Source: Felis catus
Lineage: Eukaryota
Direction of reading: 5' to 3'
DNA length: 64,000 bases
Assembly (NCBI RefSeq): GCF_018350175.1
Contig: NC_058368.1
Span: forward strand, 87,112,001 to 87,176,000
The position numbers and the translations under genes are program-made. Position 1 is the stretch's first letter. Every line of letters begins with the position of its first letter. The notes beneath the pieces were generated by a model. The model was not told where the DNA came from and ran no database searches. It saw only the letters and a list, made by a program, of their open reading frames with translations. Shown one piece after another: positions 29,215-42,840 of this stretch.

Positions 29215-29500
29215 GCCAGCTCTGTGGTTGAAGGTCTGGCCATAATTCATCTAATTTGAGTTTTGTCCTTATAAGAAGAGGCAATTTCGACACAGATAGT
29301 CATAGAGCAAAGATGATATGAAGACACAGGGAAAAGATAGGGATATAAGCCAAAGTGAGAGGCCTGAGAAGAGACTCACTCCCTAGCACTTTGATCTTGG
29401 ATATGAGGCATCAAGAATTGTGACAAAATATATTTCTGTTGAATTTCCCAGTTTATGGAACTTCATCATGGTAGCCCAAGCAAAACGAATGCAGCCTAAT
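29215..29500 (+). mobile_element. MaLR (MLT1-type) LTR fragment
   Basis: gtccttataagaagaggcaatttcgacacag...taagccaaagtgagaggcc...actttgatcttgga...gtagcccaagcaaaacgaatgca. Confidence 0.75.
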
Positions 29501-29893
29501 ATGTAGAAATTAGTTCAGACAATATTAAGTGTTAATACATACTCACTCTTATCCTCTTTGTTTCCTGCAGGGGAGTTGCCTGTTATTCCCCAACCTACCT
29601 TGACCTTTCCACCACATCGGTCTACACACATATTACAAGATAAAGACAATAAACTGCTCTCATTTCAGAACAAAGATGGACAGGAAATGACATAGATAAA
29701 GACAAAACCACAAATACCTACAATTGTGATGAACTATTACTTACCAAAATAGAATCAATATGAAGGAAAGAAAAAAAAATGAACATGAACGGAAACAAAG
29801 TAGTAGTAGATTAATTTCTCTCAGACAGCAAGAAAAAAATCAAGAAAAATAAGAACAGAGAATATCTGAAATACATAATTAATCAAGTTTCCT

Positions 29894-30110
29894 GGGGCAC
29901 CTGGGTGGCTCAGTTGGTTAAGCGCTACCTTCAGCTTAGGTCAAGATCTCATAGTCTGTGAGTTCAAGCCCCGCATCGGGTTCTGTGCTGACAGCTCAGA
30001 GCCTGGAGCCTTCTTCAGGTTCTGTGTCCCTTTCTCTCTCTGTCCCTCTCCTGCTTGCTCTCTCTCTCTCTCTCTCTCTCTCAAATGAATAAACATTTAA
30101 AAAAATTTAA
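29894..30110 (+). mobile_element. CAN-SINE
   Basis: ggggcacctgggtggctcag head; imperfect TSD atcaagttt(t)cct. Confidence 0.9.
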
Positions 30111-31254
30111 ACATCAAGTTTTCCTAATAGATAAATTTCAAAAAGTATGACCCTTAAAAAAACCCATCATTGTAATTTTCAAAGTCTATGGGGCATAATA
30201 AACAAAATGCTAACTAATACTTATCAAATGCTGGTTCCACTCAGGCATTGTACTAACGTATGAATGTTAATTTTTAAAATGTTACCTTTACAATCTAAAG
30301 TTACAGTATTTTTAATTTTAAAATTATTTTCCACATGAAGAAACCACAATTTAAAGAATATAAGTAACTTGTTTCAATGTTGAGGCACAATAGATGGTAA
30401 AGAATTTTGATAAAATCCACAAGCAGAAATAACATTATAATGCAATAAAATCAGACCTTATTATCAAAAATAGAAAACAAATTTGGAATTAAAAACAACA
30501 CATATTCAAGAAAACATAAAAAGCAAAGTAACAAAATGTTGGAAAATAATATTTCCTTTAGCAACACATGGGATACATACAGATAAAATATTATTTAGAG
30601 AAAAATTTATATTCCTGCATGTCCAATTTTTAAATAAGAAAAAAAATAGAAAACACAAAATTTAAGTTTTGAATTCTAAGCAATTAGAAGAGCAACAGTG
30701 AAAAAATAAGGAAAGCAAAAATAAAAACCTCATAATGATAAAAGCAATGATACTGTGACATCTTGAGAAAAAAAGCAAAACAGAAATCAGATCAGTGGTT
30801 GCCAGGGGTTGCTGGTGAGGGGAAAAGTGATAAAAATATTCCATATCTTAATTGAGATGACATGAATATATGTTTTCCTAAACTTATCACACAATTTACC
30901 TAACAGTGTGAACTTTATGGTACTATAGCTCTATAAAACTATATTTTAAAAAATTAAGTGACTTGAAAGAGCTCATACTATCCTTAAACATATGTTTAAA
31001 ATAATGAATTAAATGATAATATTCTAGTGAAAATAAGATAACCAAAACTGACTCAGGAAGATGCACAGAACATAACATCATTCAAAGAACATCATCCTAT
31101 CAAACTAGCCAAAAATGAAACTGAATTTAATTCTAGCCCACTTAAGTCTTATATTATATATATGATTACAATTGACTTGGGTAGTCAAAACAATTGAAAT
31201 CTTCCTCACCAAGCTGACTGGTTAAAATTCTGAATCCTATTCATAAAATTTGCA

Positions 31255-31850
31255 GTCACTCTGGAAAATGGTTTGGAGGTTCCTCTAAAAGTTCAAAATA
31301 GAACTACACTGATGATCCAGCAATCACACTACTAGGTATTTACCCAAAGGATACAAAAACACAAATTCAAATGGATATATGCACCCTGATGTTTATAGCA
31401 GCATTATCTACAATAGCCAAGATATGGAAGCCCAAATATCCATGGAATATTACTCAGGCATAAAAAAAGAATGAGATCTTTTCATCTGCAATGACATGGA
31501 TGGAGCTAGAGAGTATTATGCTAAGTGAAATAAGTTGATCAGACAAATGCCACATGATCTCACTCATATGTGGAATTTAAGAAACAAAATAGATGAGTAA
31601 AGGGTAAAGAAAGAGAGAAAGAAAGGCAAACCAAGAAGCAGACTATTAACTATAGACAGCAAACTGATGGCTACCAGAGGGGAGGTGGGTGGGGGGATGA
31701 ATGAAATAGATGAAGGGGATTAAGTCCCCCCTTAGCATGATAAGCACTGAGTAATCTATAGAATATTGAATCAATATATTGTATGCCTGAAACTAATATA
31801 ACACTCTATGTTAACTAACTGGAATTAAAATAAAACTTTAAAAAAATCAT
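31255..31850 (+). mobile_element. Carnivore L1 3' fragment
   Basis: ORF2 C-terminal-like sequence, 3'UTR and A-rich end. Confidence 0.85.
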
Positions 31851-32559
31851 TTGGATGGGAACACCGTAGAACATTTCATTTTTCTTCATTTAGTTATTGT
31901 CTGTTTATAATAAAAACTTGCATGTATTTGAAAATGTCAACACTTCAATTCTTTTAAAAGGGAAAATTAGAAAAGAACAGTAGCATAGATCTCATTTCAG
32001 AGATGATAAAGCAAAAGCCGAGTTTAAATGACTTTGCGTTGTACAGAATGTATTTGTGGCAGCCTGAGAAAAGGATCTTGGTTCAATAACATCATCTCTT
32101 CAGCCACACACTATAAAGGGGGGTTCATCACAATGGCGGCATAGCCACCCTACTGTCTCTACCTTTTCCTCTGTTAAAAGAAAGCGTAAATTAAATACTT
32201 AGGGAATGGCTAATTACTCCAAACATCATTTCATATCACCAACAAATATGGGCCTTCCCCTCAATCCCTCATTGTTTCACACTTAGAGAAAAAGAAACCA
32301 TCTCATAGATAAAAACCCAGATGATGAGATGCAATGATTAGGAAAGAGGTTGAATACAAAGATATGAAAATCCCATGGTCAGCAAAGAAGGGAGGGTGTT
32401 TCTTTCTATATAAGCTGGGGCAAGTTATCAGTGTGAGAAAGCTGTTGTTTTTCCACTCTTTTTTTTTTTTTTTTTTACTTTGAGTATCTTGTAAAGGTTG
32501 GGCAACAGAGAGACAATGGCAAGTCAAGCAGTGGTCAGAGATCCAAAGAGCACATGGAC

Positions 32560-33030
32560 TATAAAAAGCTAAACTAACAAATATAAGATTACCAGTTGAT
32601 AGAAAGGTTTAATGCAGTACAGGAAATCCATGGGGTGTGGATGCAATGTTCTCACATCATGTACTTAAGGACATTTTTGGGAGAACAGTGTGAGAGTCAA
32701 AATTTCCAGGAAGAGATACTTTCAGGCATAAGGACAAAATAAAAACCATGAGTGCTAAAAGAGCAGTACTAGTGCACAGTAGGGCATTGACTTCAGGCTG
32801 AGCTTGGTGGCTTAAAGAACATTAAATGACAGCAGAATTCCTGGAAGATAATGGATGAGGATGGGGAGTGGGGAATGAGAGTAGAGAGGCATTCAGGGGT
32901 CAATCCTTATAAGATTGTAGTCCCTGGTGAAGAATTTGTATTTTATTCTGAATACAGTGGAGAACAATTGAAGGGTCTCGAGGAAAAAGCATGATGAGAC
33001 TTATATTTCCCAAAAATTATTCTAAGTGTG
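32560..33030. mobile_element. Ancient L2-like fragment
   Basis: gaatttgtattttattctgaatacagtggagaacaattgaaggg...catgatgagacttatattt resembles L2. Confidence 0.5.
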
Positions 33031-33345
33031 AAGAATAAGTTGGAAGTGTGTCCATTGTAAATAGCCAACCTGAAATAACCATCCTTTATTTCAGTTCTGT
33101 TTGTACATGTACTTTGTATAACCATGAAGAAATGAAACATATGTGCACCAATAGCCCATTATTTTTAGGGTCTCCAAATAAACTTCTGCCAAGTCTTAGA
33201 GGCAAAGACCAAAGAATTCTATCATTCTGTCCAGCTCTAAGAGGTCTCAAATAAGATGTTAACTTTTGTGAGACAGAGATTCTCAGTCTCTTGCGAGACA
33301 GAGATAAATCTCAGAGAAAAATACTCTGATATGCTGTGTTCTTAC

Positions 33346-33405
33346 CATTTTCTTTCCACATGTTGGTTTACTTTCTTGTGCTTCTTTTGATTGTTTCTCA
33401 GGCAA
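33346..33405 (-). CDS. GCSAML: GCSAML coding exon 2 (60 nt)
   Basis: tgtgtttccatctag|TTGCCTGAGAAAC...GGAAAGAAAATG|gtaag; (N)CLRNNQKKHKKVNQHVERK. Confidence 0.92.
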
Positions 33406-34974
33406 CTAGATGGAAACACATAGAAAAGAAAAGATTCTTATCTCCCTTCAAATGTCTTCACCCCCTTTTCTTGCTTTCCTTACTGTTAAAACAAAGTCTG
33501 CCTTTTCTTTTTGACAAACTTCTTTGTCCTTTAGAAAGGGCAGTCACAGATATAGAATGCAGTTCAGAAATTAACCACAAGAGGCCAAGCCTACAATAGG
33601 ATGAAATGGCTACAGTCTGATCTGTCAGAAGGTGGTGGGAGGGGCCAAGAATAGAGAAAGATCCTAACCACAGAAAGGCTTGACTTCTCTAGGATGACCA
33701 GAGGAGACCAGCATCTCAGGTGCATCCATCCCTGTGGAATACTAGCACTATCAACCTTGGTCATGTGATCCAGAGCAAGATTCTTCAAGCCTTGCTGTTT
33801 GGCCATACATATACATACAGAACATTATGATCCTCACCCACCTTCAGAGAAGTTGGTTGTGCATATTACTCTTGATGTTTTCCCACCAACTATCATCATC
33901 CTTATAAGAATCAAGCAAACACTCAGTGATGAAATTGAGGTGAGAGAAATCAGTGGCTTTCTTGCTTATACAATAGTGAGATACAGACCCAAGCTTGTGA
34001 TTCAGTGAATCAAATTTTCTTCTACACCAGTTGTCCAAATCGTATTTCTTTGAATGTTTTCTTTTCCTATATTATCACATCCCAAACATGTGTCTGTTCT
34101 CCTGCTTCTATATAGAAGATTGTATGCAAAATATCCCAGACTATGATAGCAAGATCCCCACTCTTGCTTGCCATCAATATTTACAGAAGATATTTCCTCA
34201 ATGTTCATGCTTAAAAGCTCAATATCATCATCATATATGGGCATATTTGACCAGTAAGCAAATAATAGAATACATATGTATTTGTTAAATACAAAGTAAA
34301 TCAGATTTTTGGAAGAAGAGTCCTTTGTGGAGATAAGTTCTGACATACAGATTTCTGGATAATATTCACTAACGGTTAAATTTGGATGTAATGATTACCA
34401 AATAGCATAGACTGCAAATCAGACAACATTTAATTTTAGTGTCCTATGTGCTCTCTTCTTTTTCCCTAGAGCCTGGTTTTCTCATAATTCCACTTTTCTA
34501 AACTGGCCAATGAAGAATCTTATAAAACAATTCTCCTTGAGATTATTAATAGTTCACTGACTTATCCTTCTAAGACATGTTTGCATTTTAAAGTTAAAAA
34601 AAAACATAAAATCCTTAACATTAGCAGGAACCTAATTGAAATTCCATGTCATTATTACTGAACAGAAATGAACACTAAATTCTGCTGTACACTAAGTATT
34701 TCTTTAATCAAGCAAAATTTAGATAATGTCAGGCCATAAACATTTGTTGACTTAATTAAGGAATCATTAAAACTAATAATTAAAACAATAGACATTAAAT
34801 TAACCTTAAAATGTATCTTGGTCAAAGTGTTGAGATCAAACGTAATTTTTCCATACTTTCTGTGTTTTTTGACAATTATTTTTTTTTACTTCCCAAATAT
34901 TTGGCATAAGTTTCAGACATTATAACTTCATAAAGGAAATCTAAATACCAAAAAATCAACAATTTTCACTTGAT

Positions 34975-35196
34975 TTCTTTTTTTTAATTTTTTTAACGTT
35001 TATTTATTTTTGAGACAGAGAGAGACAGAGCATGAACAGGGGAGGGACAGAGAGAGAGGGAGACACAGAATCCGAAGCAAGATCCAGGCTCTGAGCCATC
35101 AGCCCAGAGCCCGATGCAGGGCTTGAACTCACAGACTGCGAGATCGTGACCTGAGTTGAAGTCGGATGCTTAACCGACTGAGCCACCCAGGTGCCC
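34975..35196 (-). mobile_element. SINEC_Fc SINE
   Basis: TSD tttcac(t/c)tgatttcttt on both sides. Confidence 0.92.
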
Positions 35197-35634
35197 TTTC
35201 ACCTGATTTCTTTATGAAGTCAATCGAAAATCAAAAATTAAATATCTAAAAATGTACATATGTCGGGCACTGTATTGTAATAATTAATCCTTATTTTAAA
35301 GAAGGAAACAATAAAGAAAATTTCCTGAAATACTCTTAAAATGATTTGAAAGCCATAGAAGACAATTTTCAAGATATAAATAAAGGGAAATGTGAAGAAA
35401 ATGAGCTGTTAAAATACATTCATAAGAAGAAACAAATGATTGAAAATGACAACATAAGCAGATATCTCAAGAAGTTGGAAAAAAGAAAGAAGAAAGAAGG
35501 AAAGTTATGGAAAGAAATGAGGTAGAAAACTAAATATTAGAAAAGGATAAAATTGGCAGGATGAGCAAAAATCTGGCAAAGTCGATTAAATAAAAAGAAA
35601 AGGGGAATTAAACAAACATGAAAACACATTTCAG

Positions 35635-35806
35635 AGAGTTGCCTGAGTGGCTCAGTCAGTTAAGTATCCGACTCGCTTTCAGTTCAGGTCATGATCACAG
35701 GGTCGTGAGATTGGGCCCCACATTCTGTGCTGACAACATGGAACCTGCTTGGGATTCTCTCTCTTCCCCTCTCTCTCTGCCCCTCCTCTGCTTGCTCTCT
35801 CGCACT

Positions 35807-35846
<40 letters not shown>

Positions 35847-35848
35847 AT
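35635..35848 (+). mobile_element. Older CAN-SINE with (TAAA)n tail
   Basis: gcctgagtggctcagtcagttaag...ttcaggtcatgatc. Confidence 0.85.
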
Positions 35849-35943
35849 CAGAATAAGTGCTACAGAGATAAAAACAAATAGTATGAACTATTACATAATA
35901 AACATGATGACTTAAAATAGATATCTCAGAAAAACAAAGTGCA

Positions 35944-36111
35944 AGGGACACCTGGGTGGCTCAGTTGGTTGAGCGTCCAACTCTTGATTTTGGCTCAGGT
36001 CATGATCTCAGAACTTGTGAGTTCAAGCCCTGAGTCAGGCTCTGCTCTGACAGCACAGAGTCTGCTTGGGATGCTCTGTCTCCCTCTCTGTCTGCCCCTC
36101 CCTGGTTCATC

Positions 36112-36152
<41 letters not shown>

Positions 36153-36170
36153 AAAAATAAACATTTTTTT
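35944..36170 (+). mobile_element. CAN-SINE with long (CT)n
   Basis: gggacacctgggtggctcagttgg head. Confidence 0.9.
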
Positions 36171-36759
36171 AAAGTCTTTAAGAATTTCACAAGATTATCT
36201 CATTATTTTCTATAATTACTGTATGATGTGGTTGTTATTATTACCCTCATATACTATGATCATGAAATAAATAAACAGGCAAATAAATGTGGGTTGCACG
36301 GTTGGACATATTGATTAATTGGTAATGGGAGATATTTTATTCCAGTAAGTAAAATAAGGTAATTTCTGTCTAGAGCACCCCTTTCACTGGTGAATTTTTT
36401 TATTTATCCAGAATATTTTTTTTTACATTACAAAACAATTTTGTCAATTATATCTTAGTAAAGTTAGGGAAAAAATATGTACCTCCTAAGGAAAGTCTAC
36501 AAACTGCCTATGGAGTATCCCTCTCCGCCAACTTCAACCTTAGATTTGATCAAGCTAGATATAAGCATCAGTTTATAATTACAACTTATAAGAGACATAT
36601 TTGAAACAACAGCATACAAATGTAACCAATAAAATCCAGATCATTTCTTCAACAGATAAATTCCAAGAGGGATAAACAACAGTGGAAAAAATCCTAACAG
36701 TTCAAAGGAACTTTAGACAGCTATTACTTAACTGGAATATATGGGTAGTATTTGGATTT

Positions 36760-37310
36760 TTTTAAGTTTTTATTTTAATTTCAGTTACCTAATATACAGT
36801 ATTATATTAATTTCAAATTTTCAATATACTAATTCAATGCTTCCATATATTACCTGGTGCTCATCAAAACAAGTGTACTCCTTAATCCCCAACAATGATG
36901 TAATCCATCCCCACACCCGCCTCCCCTCTGGTAGCCATTAGTTTTTCTCTCTATAATTAAGAGGTCATTTCTTGATTTGTCTCTCTCTTATTTTTTTCCA
37001 TTGGCTCATTTGTTTTGTTTCTTAAATTCCATATATGAGTGAAATCATATAGTATTTGTCTTTCTCTGACTTATTTTGCTTAACATAATACTCTCTAGCT
37101 CCATCCATGTCATTGTAAATGGCAAGATTTCATTCTCTTTTGTGGCTAAATAATATTCCATTGTATATACATACCACATCTTTATCCATTCATCAATCCA
37201 TGGATACTGGGGTTGCCTCTATATCTTGGCTATTGTAAACAATGCTGCTATAAACAAAGGGGTGTATGCATCCCTTTGAATTAGTGTTCCTGTATTATTT
37301 GAGTAAATTA
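36760..37310 (-). mobile_element. Carnivore L1 3' fragment
   Basis: Reverse complement of L1 3'UTR and ORF2 end. Confidence 0.85.
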
Positions 37311-37908
37311 TTGGTGAACTTTGTAAAGCACATTAGCATCATTGCTTGGAGGTCATACAATTAGATAAAAAGGGAATAGATAGTTCCCAATAAATTTCAC
37401 CTTGGAAATCCCTTCTTGCTTTTCCTATAGTACTGGATACATTCCTTGGTTTCTTTGATTCCATATCCCCATATTCAAAGTAGGGGTATGAATATTGCCA
37501 GATCCTAGATTTAGTAGTGAAGATAAAATGAAACAATTCATATAAGCTAGAAAGAACATGGTAGGTGATTAATCAGTGATAGCTGTTTTTTAACTACTTG
37601 TTTTCAGGTTCTTGTGCTATATAGTGTATATTTTGTCTCAGTGAATCACTCACAGGAATTATGTGGTTCACAAGGAACATCATTCAATGAATATTCATCC
37701 TCTGACTCCTGGAAGTAATCACTGACTGCAGATTATTTTATCTATGCAGTCACAAACTCTCTAAGAGCCAAATATCTGCATGCGTGTTTTCTTCCCCAAG
37801 TTTAGAACTTCTTTAGAATTATTTTCCCTTTAGTTTCAAATTTAGTTGCATTATGACCAGACAACTGGTGTGGAGTTAAGTGCCCATGTTTCAAACGGTG
37901 TTATTATC

Positions 37909-38125
37909 AGAGTGCCTGCATGGCTCAGTCAATTAAGTGTCCAACTCTTGATTTTGGTTCAGGTCATGATCTCATGTTTTGTGACACTGAGCCCCACACT
38001 GGGCTCTGTTCTGACAGCATGGAGCCTGCTTGGAATACTCTCTCCCTTTTTCTCTGCTCCCCACTGCTCTTTATCTCCCTCCCCCACTCTTTCTCTCAAA
38101 ATAAACATTAAAAAATAAAATTTAA
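37909..38125 (+). mobile_element. Older CAN-SINE
   Basis: gtgcctgcatggctcagtc...ggttcaggtcatgatctc. Confidence 0.85.
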
Positions 38126-38999
38126 AAATCAATGCAAAAAGGGACACGACTAAAAATGGAAAACTCCTTTTAATCTCAGTATTCTGAAGCAGATCATCGT
38201 TCTGGAATGAGAATTATACACGCTTCTTCATAACAGCCAAAAGAAAAAATATATATATAGAAAGCCTACTTTCCATAGAACATAAGCACAAGTTTCAGGG
38301 GTTTTTCAGGTTTTAAAGGCACTGTCATTGTAATCAGAGGATCCATAATCTAAAAGACTTGTGTGTATAATCATGACACTAGGTAGAATGTGGTTAGCGT
38401 CATAAATGCACATAAACCATTTACAAGTCACAAAAAAGTGAAAGGATAACTTCTGGCAGAGATAAGAAAGATGTAGCATTTGGCCAGGGCATTGCAGAAT
38501 GAATATTTTGATAAGAAAAGGTGGTTGAAAATGTACTTTTGACTAAGAGTTCTGATAGCCAGTGCACACAAGCTTAAAATTAAAAGAGTAACCAGTGGTC
38601 AGATTGATAAGGATATAAGGTCCATAAAATATATTTATGGTAGAAAGGGCAGAAAAGTATATTTAACAAAATTAATTATACTTTCTTTAAATCCTTGCTT
38701 TGCGCTAAGCTCTAGAGAGACACAGAGACAAGGCAACAATTACCCTTGAGAGATTCCCTAGTAAATAGAAAAAAGTTGATTAGAGTTTGGTTGCTAAGTC
38801 AAGTGATGGAGGCAATGCCCAAAGTGATAAGAGAACAAGAAGGAGGGACTTAGTAAAACAGAATATATAAGACCTCAAATTGCAAAACAAGTGGTATATA
38901 ATTTACATGTTAGGTAGTGGGAAATGGATGTGCCCGCTGAAACACAGGAGTAAGGTGATTAGAGTTTTGCCATGGGCAGATTAACGCAGTTGTGTCAAA

Positions 39000-40090
39000 G
39001 AACACAACCAAGTGGCCAAAAGTTACATTAAATAGTGCTCAACATTACTAATCACTAGGGAAACACATATCAAAACCACTTACTCAAAACCAATATTTCT
39101 CCCTCAAAATAAATAAACTTAAAAAAAAAGTGGGCAGAGGATCTAAATAGACATTGTTCCAAATAAGACATACAGATGGCCAATAGGTCCATGAAAATAT
39201 GTTCCATGCCACTAATTAGTGGGGGAATGCAAATCAAAACCACAATGAGATATCACCTCACACCTGTTAGAATAGCTACCATCAAGAAGAAGAAATCAAG
39301 TGTTGGCAAGGATATAGAGAAAATGGAACCCTTTTACACTGTTGGTAGAAATGTAAGTTGACCTAGCTACTATGGAAAGCAATTTTTGAATTAAAAATTG
39401 AACTACCATATAATTCAACAATCCCACTTCTGTATATACAGCCAAAGGAAATGAAAACAGGGTATCAAAGAGATATCTGCACTGCAATGTTTATTGCAAA
39501 ATGACTTACACTACTCAGGATGTGGAAACAACCTAAGTGACTATCAATAGACAAGTATATAGAGAAGATGTGACAGATGATGGATGGATGGATGGATGGA
39601 TGGATGGATGGATGGATAGATAGATAATATATGTTATGTATTATATAATATAAGGCATGACCTTGAGGGCATTATGCTAAGTGAAATAAGCCAGACAGAG
39701 AGAGACAAATATCCCGTATCTGTGCAATTTTAAAAAGCTAAATTAGTACAAACCAAGAGTAGAATGGTGGTTACCAGGGCCTGGGGTGGGGAATTAGGGA
39801 GATATTATTTAAGGGCCCAAACTTGCAATGAATACATAAATATGTCCTGGAGATGTAACTCACAGTATAGTGATTATAATCAATAAGATTATATTGTAAA
39901 TTTCAAACTTGCTAAGGGACTAGATCTTAATTGTTCCAATCACAAAAAAAAAAGAAATGATAATTTATATGTTGTGATAGAGGTGTTTGTTAACACTATG
40001 GCAGTAACACAGTACAACATATATATGTATCAAAGTAGCAAGTGGTGCACTTTAAATGTGTACAATGTTACATGTAAATTATATCTTAAT
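39000..40090 (+). mobile_element. L1 (L1MA-like) 3' fragment with (GATG)n
   Basis: ORF 39176-39361 [15 protein letters not shown]; older-type 3'UTR. Confidence 0.8.
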
Positions 40091-40102
40091 TTTATTTTTA
40101 CT

Positions 40103-40323
40103 TTTTAAAATTTTTTTAATGTTTCTTTATTTCTGAGACAGAGAGAGACAGAGCATGAGTGGAGGAAGGGCAGAGAGAGAGGGGGAGACACAGAATCGGA
40201 AGCAGGCTCCAGGCTCTGAGCTGTCAGCACAGAGCCCGACGCGGGGCTTGAACTCACAAACCGTGAGATCATGACCTGAGCCGAAGTTGGTTGCTCAACC
40301 GACTGAGCCACCCAGGCGTCCCT
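40103..40323 (-). mobile_element. CAN-SINE
   Basis: TSD atatcttaatttta on both sides. Confidence 0.92.
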
Positions 40324-40699
40324 ATATCTTAATTTTAAAGATCTACTCGTGCTATATAACACAAGATAATAAGATTGTGTGGAAGGAGTTAGGGTAAGTG
40401 GATGGGAGAGTGAGGTACTGAAAAACAATCCTCTAAGATTAAGCAGAGTGATGACTATTATCCATATGTATTCTACAACTTCAAAAGCACTCAAAGAAGA
40501 TAAGGAAGGATAAAGTCACCACAAAAAGGCACTACTTAGATCAAAAGGATTGGTGTACATTATTTTGTATCCATGACTTTCAAGAACCTGACTGTTTATT
40601 CTCATACAGAGAGACCCCATGAAGTTGAAGAGTGGGAAGATAAATCCCATACCCAGATGAGAATAGAAAGGTGAAGAAAGATTCAAGTGACTACAGACC

Positions 40700-40899
40700 A
40701 AGGTTCCTGAATAAAATGCAAAATGCACAGTTAAATTTGAATTTCAGATAAAGAACAAATAATTTGTTTAGTATAAGTATGACCAAGCAATAATGCTCCA
40801 AATATTACATAAGGCATATATACACTAAAAAAAATGTTTATCTGAATTCAAACTTGAATTGGCATCCTGTGTTTTTATTTTCTAAATATGGTAACCTTA
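40700..40899. mobile_element. MER53-like non-autonomous hAT DNA transposon (palindromic)
   Basis: Imperfect inverted arms cagttaaatttgaatttcagataaa ... tttatctgaattcaaacttgaattg; termini aaggtt.../...aacctta. Confidence 0.8.
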
Positions 40900-41091
40900 C
40901 AACCTTTCCAAAGTAAGGCAAAAGAAGGAGTGAGTAAATTGAGGCAGCGAGAGGTCACTGTGAGTTCTTAAAGAATGCTGTCTTCAGGTACACACCTCTT
41001 AAAGCAAACTGTCTCATCATTCAAAATGTATACACCCAGTCTCCTTTTCCCTCTTCTTCCAAGAAACAGCCTTGCCCAGAGCCAGACTTAC

Positions 41092-41120
41092 TTGAGTTCT
41101 CTCAGTAGAGAATTCCCCAT
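41092..41120 (-). CDS. GCSAML: GCSAML first coding exon (29 coding nt)
   Basis: gagaaaATGGGGAATTCTCTACTGAGAGAACTCAA|gtaagt; MGNSLLREL; strong Kozak context (A-3, G+4). Confidence 0.92.
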
Positions 41121-41940
41121 TTTCTCACTGTGACCCTGTTTTTCAGCTCCTGAGTTTCACTCCACTTTCGGCAAAAATGGGCACAGTTATGAGCAGGACG
41201 TTGCATCTGACCACTGGCTTGTGTGGTCACAACCATGAGCTGCTAAGGGCTTGGCATGGTAGAGAAGGCAGGAACTGCTCTGAAGGGGAGGGGGAAAGGA
41301 AGACATGCGTGTGTGCTTGTGTATAAAGAAAAATCAAGCTGAAACATCAGAGATTAAACCTAACGTTCTGTGTTCACTTTGCTTCCAAGGAAATTCCAGA
41401 TTGGAGAGTCAGAAGGGGTAGGAGCTTTCCTATTCTTCAGAAATCTGAGATCTCCAAAATACCCATATTTTGTCCTCTTCCAAACACACAAAAAGAAAGC
41501 TTCTTGTAGGGAATGTGTAAAAAAAAAAGTGAAATTTGCTTGTTCCTGGGGTTGTAAAAGTTAAATCAAACATAAATGTTTTTCCTAAGAGGTCTAATAC
41601 TTCAAAAAAATAAGATGGAAAAAAGAGAGAAAAAGTATGAAAATAGAAGAGTACTGATGTTATTCAAGCTAGGTAAAGAAGCAAATGTGCTTCTTCCTGT
41701 TGTTCCAAGGCTAGTGTTGCAATGGGGAAAGAGAAGAGCCTGACAGACCCATCTCTACCATCTGGTCTCCCACTTCCTCCCCTACACCACCCAGCAGAGC
41801 CACAGAGTACAAGCTGGCCTCAGTGATAATTTCCAGACAGGCGATTAGCTGACTGCTGACCCTGAGTTGTTGCTGTTGGGGGAATGAAGTAGCTTACTCA
41901 CAATGTCTCTCACCCAACAGAGTGTAGAACAGATAAAAAC
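41121..41940 (-). promoter_or_regulatory. Probable GCSAML 5'UTR/proximal promoter with haematopoietic-type motifs
   Basis: E-box CATCTG 41204-41209, RUNX TGTGGT 41222-41227, ETS cores 41269-41276, 41693-41699, 41771-41779, GATA 41824-41829 and 41931-41936; apparently non-repetitive sequence. Confidence 0.45.
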
Positions 41941-42599
41941 TTCAGTTTTTATCCAACAAGGAATTGATTTGCTAACTTCAGAATTATATGCTCATCTATC
42001 CCAAAGTATTTTTTTAAACTGTATGATGACACCAAGACTGAGGAAGTTTGTTACTGCTCCCCATCAGCAGAGCTCAAGGGTTTCAAATGCTTTGCAATCA
42101 TTTCTAAATATTGTATTACTCTTTTTTGTTTCAATCAGAGCATGGGAAAACTGTATTTGAAGCAGGACTGTCACACACCGCATGCTGGGGTTATGCTTTA
42201 CCAAATTCATATTTGAGAACTTATGCACCAAACCCTGTTTCCCAGACTTTCACATCTTACCAATCATCAGAGGACTCTGTTAAATGCAAATTCTGATTCT
42301 GTCAAACTCAGCTCAACATTCTGCCATTCTAACAAGCTGCTGGTCATGCCACTCCAGCAGTTCCTTTGAGTAGCTAGACACTAGACCACCAATCCTCCAA
42401 GTGTTGTTATTGAATATAGTTACACTCTGGTGAATTTGGCTGTATATACACAGTCATGATAATACCATCATCACAATCAAAGTTATAAGGGTATATATCA
42501 CCTCCAAAAGTAGTTTCCTTATGTCCTTTTGGGCTGTGTGTGTGTGCTAAAAATACTTAACATGAGTTATATTCTTCTAACAATTTTTTAAGTTTTTAA

Positions 42600-42840
42600 G
42601 TGTGCTTTTGTCCCTTTACTTTACCTTGATAAGGTGGTATATAAGCTCTCATATTTTATTGCTCCATTAGAAATTCACTTCCTTGCTGTGAAACTCCATG
42701 AATGTAAAACTAAAAATTAATAAATTTGTAAGCTTTGTCTCGGTTAATCTTTCTGTTGTTAGTTTAATTCACAAGACCCCAGGAACCATGTTTTTACTGA
42801 AGCTTTTACTAAGTTTTATCTAAAGTTTTCTTCCCTTATA
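42600..42840 (+). mobile_element. ERV1-type LTR 3' fragment
   Basis: aataaatttgtaagctttgtctcggttaatctttctgttgttagtttaattcacaagacccc resembles an ERV1 LTR U5 end. Confidence 0.5.
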
